From an uncultured Nitrospiraceae bacterium (GTDB taxonomy: Bacteria; Nitrospirota; Thermodesulfovibrionia; Thermodesulfovibrionales; UBA6898), in contig CAWEQH010000004.1 of NCBI GenBank assembly GCA_963811165.1, positions 512,001 through 576,000 on the forward strand: a DNA stretch of 64,000 nt, written 5' to 3'. Position 1 is the first letter of the stretch. Every line of letters starts with the position of its first letter. Made by a program: the position numbers and the translations under genes. Under the pieces are notes generated by a model. It was not told the DNA's origin. It saw only the letters and a list, made by a program, of their open reading frames with translations, and ran no database searches. Below are positions 50,374-60,367 of this stretch, piece after piece.

Positions 50374-50685
50374 ATGATTATTAAAAGGGCAGTGAGCATT
50401 ATTATCATCCTGCTGTTCCCGTTTCTGACAGGTCTCAGCTATAGATCTGCGCGTATAAGTTTATGGGAGCGGATGTGCGAGGCCTGTCATGACGGTTCAA
50501 CCGTGCTAAACGGGAAGGTCGTCATGGATAAGGACCAGATGAAGGCGAAATACCACACCCTCGATGAGCTGGTCAATGCAGTGACCTGTGAAAGCCCGCC
50601 GTGCATGAATATTTTAAAGCATGACGAAAAGCTGGTGCGGAAGGTGGGGAAGGAGATCGGGATCAGGGAAGCTCCGAGGAAGTGA
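50374..50685 (+). CDS. Small mono-heme cytochrome c
   Basis: N-terminal hydrophobic segment, CEACH, additional CESPPCM. Confidence 0.7.
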   Translation: MIIKRAVSIIIILLFPFLTGLSYRSARISLWERMCEACHDGSTVLNGKVVMDKDQMKAKYHTLDELVNAVTCESPPCMNILKHDEKLVRKVGKEIGIREAPRK

Positions 50686-50837
50686 GTCGGGGCCTCCGGC
50701 CGGATGCCTGTAATTAGGGTCCATGCTGATTTATCCTGTTGTATTTAAATAATTATTTGATATCTTAATTGAATTGATAAGAAAGATTAAATAGCAGGTC
50801 AACCTGCGGGTTGATATAATATTATTAGAAAAGACGA

Positions 50838-50919
50838 AGTCCCGACAAAGCCAAACCCTTCGAAAGGGGGGGACGGAAAGCGGCGGGTCTTTCTAAGAAG
50901 ATGGCCGAGCTGCCGAAGG
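50838..50919 (+). promoter_or_regulatory. c-di-GMP-I (GEMM-I) riboswitch
   Basis: CGACAAAGCCAAACCCTTC-GAAA-GGGGGGGACGGAAAGC...GGGTCTT...AAGATGGCCGAGCTGCCGAA: AAACC, GAAA tetraloop, GGACGGAAAG junction, 3' GCCGAA. Confidence 0.88.
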
Positions 50920-50985
50920 AATAAAACGGCGGGCCCGGCCTTTTATTTTGGGTGAAGGCGCCCGCTTTTGAAAGGAGGCAATGTC

Positions 50986-51159
50986 ATGGTACTTGAACTA
51001 AATGACAGGGAAGAGGAGCTGTTGAAGCGTGCCCTTAATACGTTTGAGGAAGAGTTGAGAACCGTAATATTGAAAACAGACAAACGGGACCTGAGGGATG
51101 ATCTGCGCGGTGATGAGATCGTTGTAAAAAAGATGATCGAAAAGATCACCTGGCACTGA
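50986..51159 (+). CDS. Small helical hypothetical protein (57 aa), downstream of the riboswitch
   Basis: AAAGGAGG RBS; MVLELNDREEELLKRAL...EELRTVILKTDKRDLRDDL. Confidence 0.75.
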   Translation: MVLELNDREEELLKRALNTFEEELRTVILKTDKRDLRDDLRGDEIVVKKMIEKITWH

Positions 51160-51204
51160 AAGTCCGCTTACTTAAAATAATGGGACAACTGAGAGGAGGC
51201 CCAG

Positions 51205-51378
51205 ATGAAAACCTTATCCTGTAAAGATGTCGGGGTAGACTGCGGTTATCAGGCCCGCGGCAGGACTGTAAATGAGGTCCTGAAAAAAGTGACTGCACAT
51301 GCAAAGAAAGACCATAACATAAAGAAGGTCGGAAAGGATTATCTTGATTCGTGGCGTACGAAGGTCCATGATGCATAG
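51205..51378 (+). CDS. DUF1059 family small metal-binding protein (57 aa)
   Basis: Below ORF-track cutoff. MKTLSCKDVGVDCGYQARGRTVNEVLKKVTAHAKKDH; AGGAGG RBS. Confidence 0.85.
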   Translation: MKTLSCKDVGVDCGYQARGRTVNEVLKKVTAHAKKDHNIKKVGKDYLDSWRTKVHDA

Positions 51379-51582
51379 GCAGGCGCCGGACGACGGGAAT
51401 TAACGGCATGAACAGAAAAAGGTGTCCATGCCGTTTTTGTTGCTCGCTAAATAGCTATTCCTTCCTTTTAACCGACCAGACAAACATTTAAATAATATAG
51501 AGAATGCTGGGGGAAAAGGCCGAGGAAAAGCCAAAGGAGATCTTGCAGAAAAAAGCAAAGAGGCTGGCGCATTAAGAAGACC

Positions 51583-52461
51583 CTATTTTTTTTCGAGAAG
51601 CTTCAGGAATTCGAGCGCCGGTCTTGAGAGGAACTTGTCTTTGAGGTAGACTACGCCCAAGTCCCTAGAGAAGTTCGCATCTTCTATCTTTGCCTTTACT
51701 ATTGCGCCCGATTTAATCTCCTGTTCCACGGCCTTATCAGGCAAAATCGATACCCCTAGTCCCGCCTTAACGAGTCCCTTGATCGTCTCGATATAGGCCA
51801 CCTCCATGGTGACGTTGGGGATGAGCTTCTTCTTCATAAAGGCGGCATCAATAGTATCTCTCGTGGTTGTTCCTGCTTCGGGCAGTATCATTGCATAAGT
51901 GGTTATGTCTTTCAATCTGACCTCTCTTAGTTTGGCAAGGGGATGGCCTTTGGGAAAAACAAGGGACATGGGGTCTTGCCATATGACCTTTGAGATGAGA
52001 TTGGCCGCTACCCGCGGCAGGGTGATGACCCCGATATCAACGAGGTTCTTACCCACCATCTCAAGGACCGTCTCCGATCTATGGCAGCGGAGCTTCAAGT
52101 CCACTTTCGGAAATGCGGTTATGTATCTTTTTAATATGCCGGGAAGCCGGTGGAGGCTTATGTGGTCGCTTGTGCCGATGACGAATTCCCCCGAACATTC
52201 TTCGGACAGGTCACGGACGGCCGTCTTTGCCTCCTCAAGCGACCGCAGTATCTTGTCTGCATGGACCAAAAGCACCTGACCGGTTTTCGTGAGGAAGACC
52301 TTCTTCCCTATCCGGTCGAACAGCTTTTCCCCGAGTTCGTCCTCAAGGGCACGCACCTGCTTGCTCACGGCCGGCTGGGTGATGAAGAGTTCTTCGGCCG
52401 CACGGCTTATACTCTTCGTCTCGGCGACTTTTCTGAAATAAACGAGCTGGTAAAAATTCAT
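51583..52461 (-). CDS. LysR family transcriptional regulator
   Basis: SISRAAEELFITQPAVSKQVRALEDELG.KLFDR HTH; divergent from leuCD. Confidence 0.95.
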   Translation of the reverse strand: MNFYQLVYFRKVAETKSISRAAEELFITQPAVSKQVRALEDELGEKLFDRIGKKVFLTKTGQVLLVHADKILRSLEEAKTAVRDLSEECSGEFVIGTSDHISLHRLPGILKRYITAFPKVDLKLRCHRSETVLEMVGKNLVDIGVITLPRVAANLISKVIWQDPMSLVFPKGHPLAKLREVRLKDITTYAMILPEAGTTTRDTIDAAFMKKKLIPNVTMEVAYIETIKGLVKAGLGVSILPDKAVEQEIKSGAIVKAKIEDANFSRDLGVVYLKDKFLSRPALEFLKLLEKK

Positions 52462-52615
52462 ACCAAAAGTTATGTATTATATGAAAATAATGAATTTGAA
52501 TAATGCATAATGATATGATAGATTCAATACATAAGTTAGTCAAGAAGGTCATGAAAGGGTACGTTGTAACGGGAAGAAACGTTCGTGTTAAAATTAGGTA
52601 TTGTGAGGTGCTGAT

Positions 52616-53914
52616 ATGGCAATGACATTGGCGGAGAAGGTATTTAAATCGCACTTGAGGGACGAGCCCTTCCCGGGCACTAAGGTGCTCGGCATAGATG
52701 TGGTGATGTGCCACGAGATAACCACGCCCATCGCGATAAACGATCTCGTGGCCAGGGGCAAGGACAGGGTCTTCGATCCCGCAAAGATCAAAGTCGTGAT
52801 CGACCACGTTACCCCCGCAAAGGACACAAAAACAGCGACGCAGGGAAAGATCCTGAGGGACTGGGCCAGGAGGCAGGGTATCAGGGATTTCTTTGATATA
52901 GGCAGAAACGGCGTCTGTCATGCCATATTCCCCGAGCACGGCTTCATCAGACCGGGCAATACGGTAATTATGGGCGACTCCCACACATGTACGCACGGCG
53001 CCTTCGGCGCATTCGCCGCAGGCGTCGGCACCACGGACCTCGAGGTCGGCATACTTAAGGGAGTATGTGCATTCAGGGAGCCAAGGACGATCCGTATAAA
53101 TGTAAACGGCAAGATGCCTGAGGGCGTTTATGCAAAAGACGTTATCCTTAGGGTGATCAGGGAACTTACGGTAAAAGGGGCCACGGACTGCGTCATTGAG
53201 TTCCGCGGCGAGGTTGTGGATGGCATGTCGATGGAGTCCAGGATGACCCTTTGCAATATGGCGATAGAGGCGGGTGGAACGTCCGGTATTTGCATGCCCG
53301 ATGAGGTGACCGTCGAGTATCTCTGGCCCTTTATCTCCTCCGAATACGGCGACAAGAAGTCGGCGCTTGAGGATTTCAAAAAGTGGCGGTCGGATGAAGG
53401 CTGCGACTATGTAAGGATCGTTACTATCGACGTTTCCGATCTTGAGCCGCAGGTTACCTATGGGTATAAACCGGACGAAGTGAAGAACGTCTCTGAGATG
53501 GAAGGGACACCGGTTGACCAGGTGTATATAGGCTCGTGCACCAACGGAAGGATAGAGGACCTGCGCGTTGCCGCAGGCTATCTGAAAGGAAGGACGGTCT
53601 CACCGACTGTTCGGGGCATAATCTCGCCTGCCACGCCTAAGGTATTCCGGCAGGCGGATGAGGAAGGACTTATCAAGATATTCATGGATGCCGGGTTCTG
53701 TGTAACGAACCCCACTTGCGGCGCATGCCTGGGGATGTCAAACGGCGTGCTGGCGCCGGGTGAGGTATGCGCATCGACTACGAACCGCAACTTTAACGGC
53801 AGGATGGGAAAGGGCGGCATGGTGCATCTGATGAGTCCCGCGATGGCGGCGGTGACTGCGATCGAGGGCAAAATAGCAGACCCAAGGAAATACGGGAAGG
53901 GAGGTGCGAAGTGA
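52616..53914 (+). CDS. leuC: 3-isopropylmalate dehydratase / homoaconitase family large subunit
   Basis: DHVTP, GVCH, DSHTCTHGA, GSCTNGR, CGACLG, STTNRNF.GRMG. Confidence 0.9.
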   Translation: MAMTLAEKVFKSHLRDEPFPGTKVLGIDVVMCHEITTPIAINDLVARGKDRVFDPAKIKVVIDHVTPAKDTKTATQGKILRDWARRQGIRDFFDIGRNGVCHAIFPEHGFIRPGNTVIMGDSHTCTHGAFGAFAAGVGTTDLEVGILKGVCAFREPRTIRINVNGKMPEGVYAKDVILRVIRELTVKGATDCVIEFRGEVVDGMSMESRMTLCNMAIEAGGTSGICMPDEVTVEYLWPFISSEYGDKKSALEDFKKWRSDEGCDYVRIVTIDVSDLEPQVTYGYKPDEVKNVSEMEGTPVDQVYIGSCTNGRIEDLRVAAGYLKGRTVSPTVRGIISPATPKVFRQADEEGLIKIFMDAGFCVTNPTCGACLGMSNGVLAPGEVCASTTNRNFNGRMGKGGMVHLMSPAMAAVTAIEGKIADPRKYGKGGAK

Positions 53915-54435
53915 AGAAATTTGGAGGCAAGACCCTTTTTCTCGACAGGTCCGATATCAATACGGACGAGATAATACCGGCCAAGTACCTTACAGAGATA
54001 TCGAAGGAGGCATTGAAGTCTCACATGCTCGAAGACCTTAAGCTCAACGGGTTCGATCCGCAGTCGCCCGGTCTTAAAGAGGCGAAGGTCATCGTGACGA
54101 GGGCGAACTTCGGATGCGGCTCTTCACGCGAACACGCCCCCTGGGTCTTTGAGGTTAACGATATAAATGTCGTTATCGCATCAAGTTTTGCCAGGATATT
54201 CAGACAGAATATGTTCAACTGCGGCATGCTTGCGATAGAGCTTCCGGAGGATGTCGTCGATAGCCTCTTTAAACACAAAGGCGGCGAGGCAAAGGTGAGT
54301 ATCGATTTTAATAATGATTCGCTTGAGATAGAATCCGGAAGGGGTAAAGAGACCTTTAGTTATCAGATATCGGGGTTCGACAAGGCGCTTGTCGAGGCCG
54401 GCGGCTGGGTAGAGTTTGCGGATTCGAGATATTAA
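53911..54435 (+). CDS. leuD: 3-isopropylmalate dehydratase small subunit
   Basis: DINTDEIIPAKYL, NFGCGSSREHA, SFARIF. Confidence 0.9.
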   Translation: MKKFGGKTLFLDRSDINTDEIIPAKYLTEISKEALKSHMLEDLKLNGFDPQSPGLKEAKVIVTRANFGCGSSREHAPWVFEVNDINVVIASSFARIFRQNMFNCGMLAIELPEDVVDSLFKHKGGEAKVSIDFNNDSLEIESGRGKETFSYQISGFDKALVEAGGWVEFADSRY

Positions 54436-54594
54436 GGTGAAGGAGGCCGATATGATATTTTCGCTCATTCTCGTCCGCCGCTGCGGACCCCGAGGGCTAT
54501 TGTCCCGATTTTTGATCGTGACAATAGAAGCCGCTCAAATACCATATCGGACTCCTTTTGTTAATAATTTTCCCTCGTATTGTGAGGAGGTCAT

Positions 54595-55056
54595 ATGACA
54601 ACGGAAGAAAAATTGAAGTCCCTTGGAATTGAATTGCCTGCCGCCCCCAAGCCCTTGGGTGCGTATGTGCCTTTTGTGAAAACGGATAGCCTCGTGTATC
54701 TGAGCGGGATGCTTCCTCTAAAGGACGGGAAACTCACAAAGACGGGAAGGGTAGGGGAATCTGTTACGCCTGAGGAGGCGGCCGAGGCCGCTAAGACAGC
54801 CGCGATAAACGCCCTTGCAGTCTTAAAATTAGCTGTCGGCAGTCTCGATAAGGTAAAGAGATGTGTCAGGATCGAGGGGTTTGTCTCATCCGCTCAGGAT
54901 TTTACTGATCAGCCGAAGGTCTTAAACGGGGCCTCGAATTTTATCTTCGAGGTCCTGGGCGACGCCGGCCTTCATACAAGGACGGCCATTGGCGTAAATA
55001 TCCTGCCGTTAAATTCGCCTGTTGAGATCTCCTTTATCTTTGAGGTAAAAGAATAA
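54595..55056 (+). CDS. RidA/YjgF family protein
   Basis: LGIELP, GAYVP, YLSG.LP, QPKVLNGAS, LPLNSPVEI. Confidence 0.92.
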   Translation: MTTEEKLKSLGIELPAAPKPLGAYVPFVKTDSLVYLSGMLPLKDGKLTKTGRVGESVTPEEAAEAAKTAAINALAVLKLAVGSLDKVKRCVRIEGFVSSAQDFTDQPKVLNGASNFIFEVLGDAGLHTRTAIGVNILPLNSPVEISFIFEVKE

Positions 55057-55069
55057 CTTTTAGTGTTGT

Positions 55070-55783
55070 ATGAGCCAAAATCATCATCAAAGCCCTGACG
55101 GGCAAGCCGGCAATGCAGGCGGCATATACTCCTTTATGGATAAGGTGGCAAAGGAGGCGGAGGAGTATGCATCGGAGCATACCACGCCCCTTTCGCCGCT
55201 TCTTGAGGAGATCGAAAACTTTACCCTAAAAGATACGCCTTACCCCAGCATGCTCACCGGCCGGGTCGAAGGCCGGTTCCTTCGGTTAGTGGCACAACTG
55301 TCAGGCGCGAGGCGGATCGTCGATATCGGTACCTTCACCGGCTACTCGGCCCTTGCCATGGCAGAGGTCCTGCCTGATAGCGGCAAGATAGTGACGATCG
55401 AAAATAACCCCGATCATGCGAAGACCGCTCAGGGTTTTTTCGACCGGAGTCCAAGCGGCTTTAAGATCACCCTTCGCAAGGGTAATGCCCTCGAAATACT
55501 TAAGACCCTCCCGGATGCAAAGACCGACCTGGTCTTTATCGATGCCGACAAACAAAACTATGGCGCCTATTACAGGGAGTCGATGCGGATATTACGAAAT
55601 GGCGGATTGATACTTGCCGACAATGCCCTTTGGTACGGCAGGATCTTCAACCCAAAGGACGACGAAAGTCGCGCGATGGCGGACTTTAACGAATTGGTGA
55701 AGGCAGACGACCGGGCCGAGAAGTTGTTTCTCACCATCCGGGACGGGATTTACGTAATAAGAAAACGTGTGAGCGGCGAATAA
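55070..55783 (+). CDS. Caffeoyl-CoA-type O-methyltransferase (start may be 55136)
   Basis: DIGTFTGYSAL, FIDADK, DNALW.G, RDG. Confidence 0.9.
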   Translation: MSQNHHQSPDGQAGNAGGIYSFMDKVAKEAEEYASEHTTPLSPLLEEIENFTLKDTPYPSMLTGRVEGRFLRLVAQLSGARRIVDIGTFTGYSALAMAEVLPDSGKIVTIENNPDHAKTAQGFFDRSPSGFKITLRKGNALEILKTLPDAKTDLVFIDADKQNYGAYYRESMRILRNGGLILADNALWYGRIFNPKDDESRAMADFNELVKADDRAEKLFLTIRDGIYVIRKRVSGE

Positions 55784-55836
55784 AGCCGGAACCGGCCCGG
55801 TTAGGTTATGCCTCTTTGCTTTGCTATAATTTTCCT

Positions 55837-56670
55837 ATGGGCATCCCTAAAAGAAGGCTTGGCAAAACAGGTATCGACGTTTCAATTCTTGCCCTTGGGG
55901 GCGAAGGCATACTAAGGACTACCGGATACGACAGGGAGGCGTACGACCTGATCAACAAGGCAATTGACGTGGGCATAACCTACCTCGAATCTGCCCGGGC
56001 GTATTCAGGAAGCGAGTCGTATTATGGTAGGGCGCTAAGGGAGAGAAGAAAAGAGATCTTCCTTGCAAGCAAGTCACACGCAAGGGACAAAAAAGGGGCC
56101 TTTCAACACCTCCGGGAGACTCTTAAGAACATGAAGACCGACTATATGGACCTCTGGCAAGTCCACGATATGAGGACTAAAGAGGACGTGGATGAGATTC
56201 TTGCTCCCGAGGGGGCACTGGAGGCGTTTCAGGAGGCTAAGGAACAAGGCCTTGTGAGGCTTCTGGGTGTCACGGGCCACCACGACCCGGGTATTCTCCT
56301 CAGATGCATCGAGAGGTTTCAATTCGATACCGTACTTATGCCGGTGAATCCGGCGGAGCCCGCGTATAAGAGTTTCATAGCCGAAGTGATACCGGTTGCC
56401 AAAGAAAAGGGAATGGGTATCATCGGCATGAAGGTTTATTTCAGGGGCCTTGCAGCGAGGCTGCCTGGAGTCACGTCCCTTGAGCCTTTCTACCGGTACG
56501 CCCTTTCACAACAAATTACCACCGCGGTCATCGGCTGCGATGATATCAGGCAGCTAAATGAAAATGTAAGATTTGCCTCATCCTTCAAAGCCATGTCCGG
56601 CATGGAACAAAGAGAGCTGGTGGATTCCGTCTCCCCCATCGCCAGGCAGCTCATGTATTACAAGCCTTAG
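55837..56670 (+). CDS. Aldo/keto reductase
   Basis: RRLGKTG, ARAYSGSE, DLWQVH, GVTGH, GMK. Confidence 0.9.
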   Translation: MGIPKRRLGKTGIDVSILALGGEGILRTTGYDREAYDLINKAIDVGITYLESARAYSGSESYYGRALRERRKEIFLASKSHARDKKGAFQHLRETLKNMKTDYMDLWQVHDMRTKEDVDEILAPEGALEAFQEAKEQGLVRLLGVTGHHDPGILLRCIERFQFDTVLMPVNPAEPAYKSFIAEVIPVAKEKGMGIIGMKVYFRGLAARLPGVTSLEPFYRYALSQQITTAVIGCDDIRQLNENVRFASSFKAMSGMEQRELVDSVSPIARQLMYYKP

Positions 56671-56962
56671 GAAGGGTATGTGTTTCAGCCGTTATGTGGA
56701 GCTACACATAACAGCCACAAAGAAACATACCAGTGACCAAGGATGATTTAACAATTACGAGACGTAAGGTTTACAGTGTTTACCCCGCTCCATGTGCCGC
56801 TCGACATTGACCTGTTATTTCTCATTAAAAGTTGCCTTCCCCTTCTTTCTCCCAAAAAGTCTTTCGAGTATCTCGTTACAATCCCTCCTTTGATAAAGGA
56901 AGATTGCAAGAGATTATATATATATTATCCTTTCATATCCAATCGTGATTATAATAATCAAT

Positions 56963-58171
56963 ATGTTGGACAGGGCACTGATTATTTTCGTTCTCACTTA
57001 TGTTGTGATCGCTGTTGGGCGGCCGCCGATTTTCAGGATTGACCGGACAGGCGCAGCCCTTATCGGCGCGTCGCTCATGATTGTCCTGAATGTAGTGGAT
57101 ATCGAAACAGCTTACAGGGCTATTGATTATAAGACGATAGCTGTCCTCTTTGGCATAATGATAGTTGTAGCCAATCTCAGACTTTCAGGCTTTTATCATC
57201 TGATTTCAGCCGTTGTCATCAATCGCATAAGGAGCAGGTCGATGCTGCTGTACGCATTGATTATGACATCCGGCATCCTCTCTGCCCTTCTTATCAACGA
57301 CACTGTTTGCCTAGTTTTCACGCCTCTTGTGGTGGGGCTGACTGATCGCCTGAAACTAAATCCTCTGCCGTATTTACTGGCCCTCTGCATGGCATCTAAT
57401 ATCGGGAGCGTTGCTACAATTACAGGAAATCCACAAAACATTATGATAGGGAGTTTTTCTGAAATTCCATACGCCCGGTTCACCTTTAAAATGTTTCCGA
57501 TCGCATTGGCTGGTCTCATTCTCTGTGCCGTCATGATTAGAGCTATTTATGCCAAACATTTTGACGGCGGGCCACTCATATCTTCTCCTGCTAAGCCCAA
57601 GATTCATAAGGCCCTCTTGATCAAGTCCTTGTCCGTATCAGTCGTAATGATGATGCTCTTTTTCCTGGGCATTTCGTTACCAGTTGTTTCCATTGCGGCA
57701 GCATCATTTTTGTTGATCACGCGAAGGTTAAATCCTCAGAAAATCTATAACTCGATTGATTGGAAACTGCTCATTCTTTTTATCGGCCTCTTCATAATCG
57801 TGGCAGGCGTCGAGCATTCTGGTTTTGCGGAAGGGGTACTGAAAGCTATCGGCGGCGAGACCGCTGATCATCCATTGTTCCTTGTGACTTCCAGTGCGCT
57901 GCTCTCCAATTTTGTAAGCAACGTCCCTGCAGTGATGTTGTTCAAACCTTTAATGGCTGCAATGCCTAACCGGGAAAACGCGTGGCTTTTACTTTCGATG
58001 AGCAGCACTCTTGCCGGCAATCTGACGATTCTGGGTTCTATTGCAAATCTTATAGTTATAGAAGGGGCAAGATCGAGAATTAAAATAAGCTTCCTTGAAT
58101 ACATGAAAGTCGGTGTGCCGTTGACGATCCTGTCTTTGTGCTTCGGAACCTTCTGGCTGAGCATAATTTGA
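56963..58171 (+). CDS. ArsB/NhaD-superfamily anion transporter
   Basis: IDRTGAAL, LINDT, SNIGS.AT.TGNPQN, SNVPAV, STLAGN...GSIAN. Confidence 0.9.
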   Translation: MLDRALIIFVLTYVVIAVGRPPIFRIDRTGAALIGASLMIVLNVVDIETAYRAIDYKTIAVLFGIMIVVANLRLSGFYHLISAVVINRIRSRSMLLYALIMTSGILSALLINDTVCLVFTPLVVGLTDRLKLNPLPYLLALCMASNIGSVATITGNPQNIMIGSFSEIPYARFTFKMFPIALAGLILCAVMIRAIYAKHFDGGPLISSPAKPKIHKALLIKSLSVSVVMMMLFFLGISLPVVSIAAASFLLITRRLNPQKIYNSIDWKLLILFIGLFIIVAGVEHSGFAEGVLKAIGGETADHPLFLVTSSALLSNFVSNVPAVMLFKPLMAAMPNRENAWLLLSMSSTLAGNLTILGSIANLIVIEGARSRIKISFLEYMKVGVPLTILSLCFGTFWLSII

Positions 58172-58592
58172 CTATTTTGTTTCATTCTCTCGCGTCGATT
58201 TCGCATATTCGCCTTAACGGTTGGCCATCTTACGTCTCTATAAAGTCATGACTGTGAGGAGCTTATCATTTCAAAATGAAAGTTGGCATGCTATCGATGA
58301 GGCCGTGGGTGCGGCCTATAGGGAGTACACTTGAATCGTTGCTGTTCCTGAATTTTATTTGTTACGTTCGGTAAAGAACAGTTCTCGAAATCCGAAACGG
58401 TTGCGGTGTACAGTTAATGAGCGAAAAGGGCCGTCCCGTGGATCGTGGCATGTTTTGCATCGTACGTCAGACGAACATTTTGACGGCTGGACCGCAACTT
58501 GATAGTTGAGGTGGTTCGAAACTATTGCCGACTTCTGAAGGAAATGGGGCGTAAGCGATTGAGGCCCTTTAACTCTGCCCCTCTAAAATCCA

Positions 58593-59276
58593 CTATTTAG
58601 ATACCTTTAAGAATTCGAGGATAACAAAAGAGTAGACGGCAATGGTGAACGCACAGACTGCCCTGAAAAGCTGTATAGGAAGCCCCAGGATTGGTTCAAC
58701 AACAAGCCCTCCAAAAACGGCATAACACACAAACCCAATTCCAGTAACGATAAGCCTATTCGTCAGTCTGGGATGCCCTATGACTTTCATCGATTTGGCA
58801 AGGCTGAAAAAGGCGAGACCGCTTAATAGTGCACCAGAAAAACCAAAGCCACGTCGAGCAATAAGTCCAGCTGTCCTTATATGGGAGGTCTCAGCAACAA
58901 AAATATAGGCGATATAGGCGACAAAAAAAAGTGCAGGTAATGACCTGTAAATACCTTTTTTCTCGCTCTTGTATGTCAAAAGGTTGATCCCGAACTGCAA
59001 AAGAAGAACAAATGAAGTGATCAAGCATGACTGTGACAAGATGGTCAGTGCCTCGAATTCACCGGCACCGCTTGTCTTAAGAATAAAACTCACCCAATCT
59101 ATGAGTTCGGTGATTCCGTGGACAAGGCCAAAGCCGCCAAGCATATGGAACGTAGTAACAAAAATAATTGAAGATGCCTTCCTTGTTCCTTCGAAAACCA
59201 CGAAAGACATTAACAGGAAGCTTATGCCGTACAACAAGTCTATGTAAAACAGGGGCTCAGACAGAACCTGGTTCAT
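58593..59276 (-). CDS. Polytopic membrane protein resembling a stand-alone sensor input domain
   Basis: About 7 TM; YGISFLLM, FGLVHGITE, LLQFG, GLPIQLFRA; GGAAGGAG RBS before 59276. Confidence 0.75.
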   Translation of the reverse strand: MNQVLSEPLFYIDLLYGISFLLMSFVVFEGTRKASSIIFVTTFHMLGGFGLVHGITELIDWVSFILKTSGAGEFEALTILSQSCLITSFVLLLQFGINLLTYKSEKKGIYRSLPALFFVAYIAYIFVAETSHIRTAGLIARRGFGFSGALLSGLAFFSLAKSMKVIGHPRLTNRLIVTGIGFVCYAVFGGLVVEPILGLPIQLFRAVCAFTIAVYSFVILEFLKVSK

Positions 59277-59712
59277 CTGGTGCTCCTTCCAGTAAAGGGA
59301 AGACAAATGTTGATTAGATTGAACTGATGCTCTGCGATACGATCAAAAAGAGACTGCCCGGGAGTGCGAGGGAAACGGAAATCTTGTGTCAGGGGATTCT
59401 TGCGGTTGCCATTTGAAAATGGATGCACACGGTCGAGCACGACGCGGAAGATGACCATACACATGACAGGAATGAGAAAAAAACCAAATCGAATGGCCAT
59501 CCTAAAGATGTCATCAATGGAATCTGGCATACGCCATATCTTAACACAGGAGATTACTACAAGATATTGTATTACCATGGCTATTTCCATTGGAAGGCAA
59601 CACTCCGAGTAAATGGGGAGAAGGTGTTAACTTCCGGAAGTAGGACCGCTCACTTCATCTTTCTACGGGAAATCAATGACGGTTGACAGTGCGATGTCTC
59701 GTGGATGGTCTG

Positions 59713-60348
59713 CTATTTTGCGAGGCCGGGAAGAAGTTGAGTCAGTCCGCCGGCGATGAATTCTACAGAGATCGAGGCCAGCAGTAATCCCATCAGGCGC
59801 GTTGCGATATTGATCCCGGTTTTGCCCAGCAGCTTGCCGATGGGGTTGGCCACATGAAGTGCGGCCCATGTGATGATGGCTACTATAAGTACGATAAGGA
59901 TAATCAGGGCAATATGTACCGGCTGATACGACGCGTGGGCATAAATAATTACTGTAGATATTGCACCGGGCCCCGCCAAAAGAGGGATCGCAATCGGCAC
60001 CACCGCGACGCTTTGTTTGTCTTCGGCTTCCCGGGCCTCCTCAGGGGTCTGCCTGGTCAGGGTGTATCCGGCCTGCATCATCGAGATCGCCATTAGCATT
60101 AAAAGGATGCCGCCGCCAACTTTAAAAGAGGGGATGCTGATACCGAAAAAATTCAATAGCGCCTCGCCCACTAAGGCGGCCGAAATCAATACTACGGCAA
60201 AAGCCAGGCTTGTGGTCCGGACGATCCGTCTGCGCTCCTCTTTGGTAAGGTTTCCGGTAAGGCTGACAAAGATTGGAATCGCTCCAAGCGGGTTTACTAT
60301 CGCAAGAAGCGCAGTAAATATCTTTATGTACCCTGTCAACTCAATCAT
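59713..60348 (-). CDS. MarC family protein
   Basis: IVNPLGAIPIF, FFGIS..SF..GGG, VPIAIPLLAGPGAI, RLMGLLL. Confidence 0.93.
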   Translation of the reverse strand: MIELTGYIKIFTALLAIVNPLGAIPIFVSLTGNLTKEERRRIVRTTSLAFAVVLISAALVGEALLNFFGISIPSFKVGGGILLMLMAISMMQAGYTLTRQTPEEAREAEDKQSVAVVPIAIPLLAGPGAISTVIIYAHASYQPVHIALIILIVLIVAIITWAALHVANPIGKLLGKTGINIATRLMGLLLASISVEFIAGGLTQLLPGLAK

Positions 60349-60367
60349 CTTTCCCCCTTGCCCGGCG

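Noticed and set aside
50838..50919. Assignment as a 3',3'-cGAMP (GEMM-Ib) riboswitch
   Set aside because: Specificity position is G rather than A, although flanking sequence resembles Geobacter-type aptamers
58446..58460. Sigma-54 promoter-like TGGCATGTTTTGC
   Set aside because: GG-to-GC spacing is 8 nt rather than the required 10
59273..59686. ORFs 59273-59590, 59364-59612 and 59423-59686
   Set aside because: Mutually overlapping, no convincing RBS or motifs; cannot support any as genes
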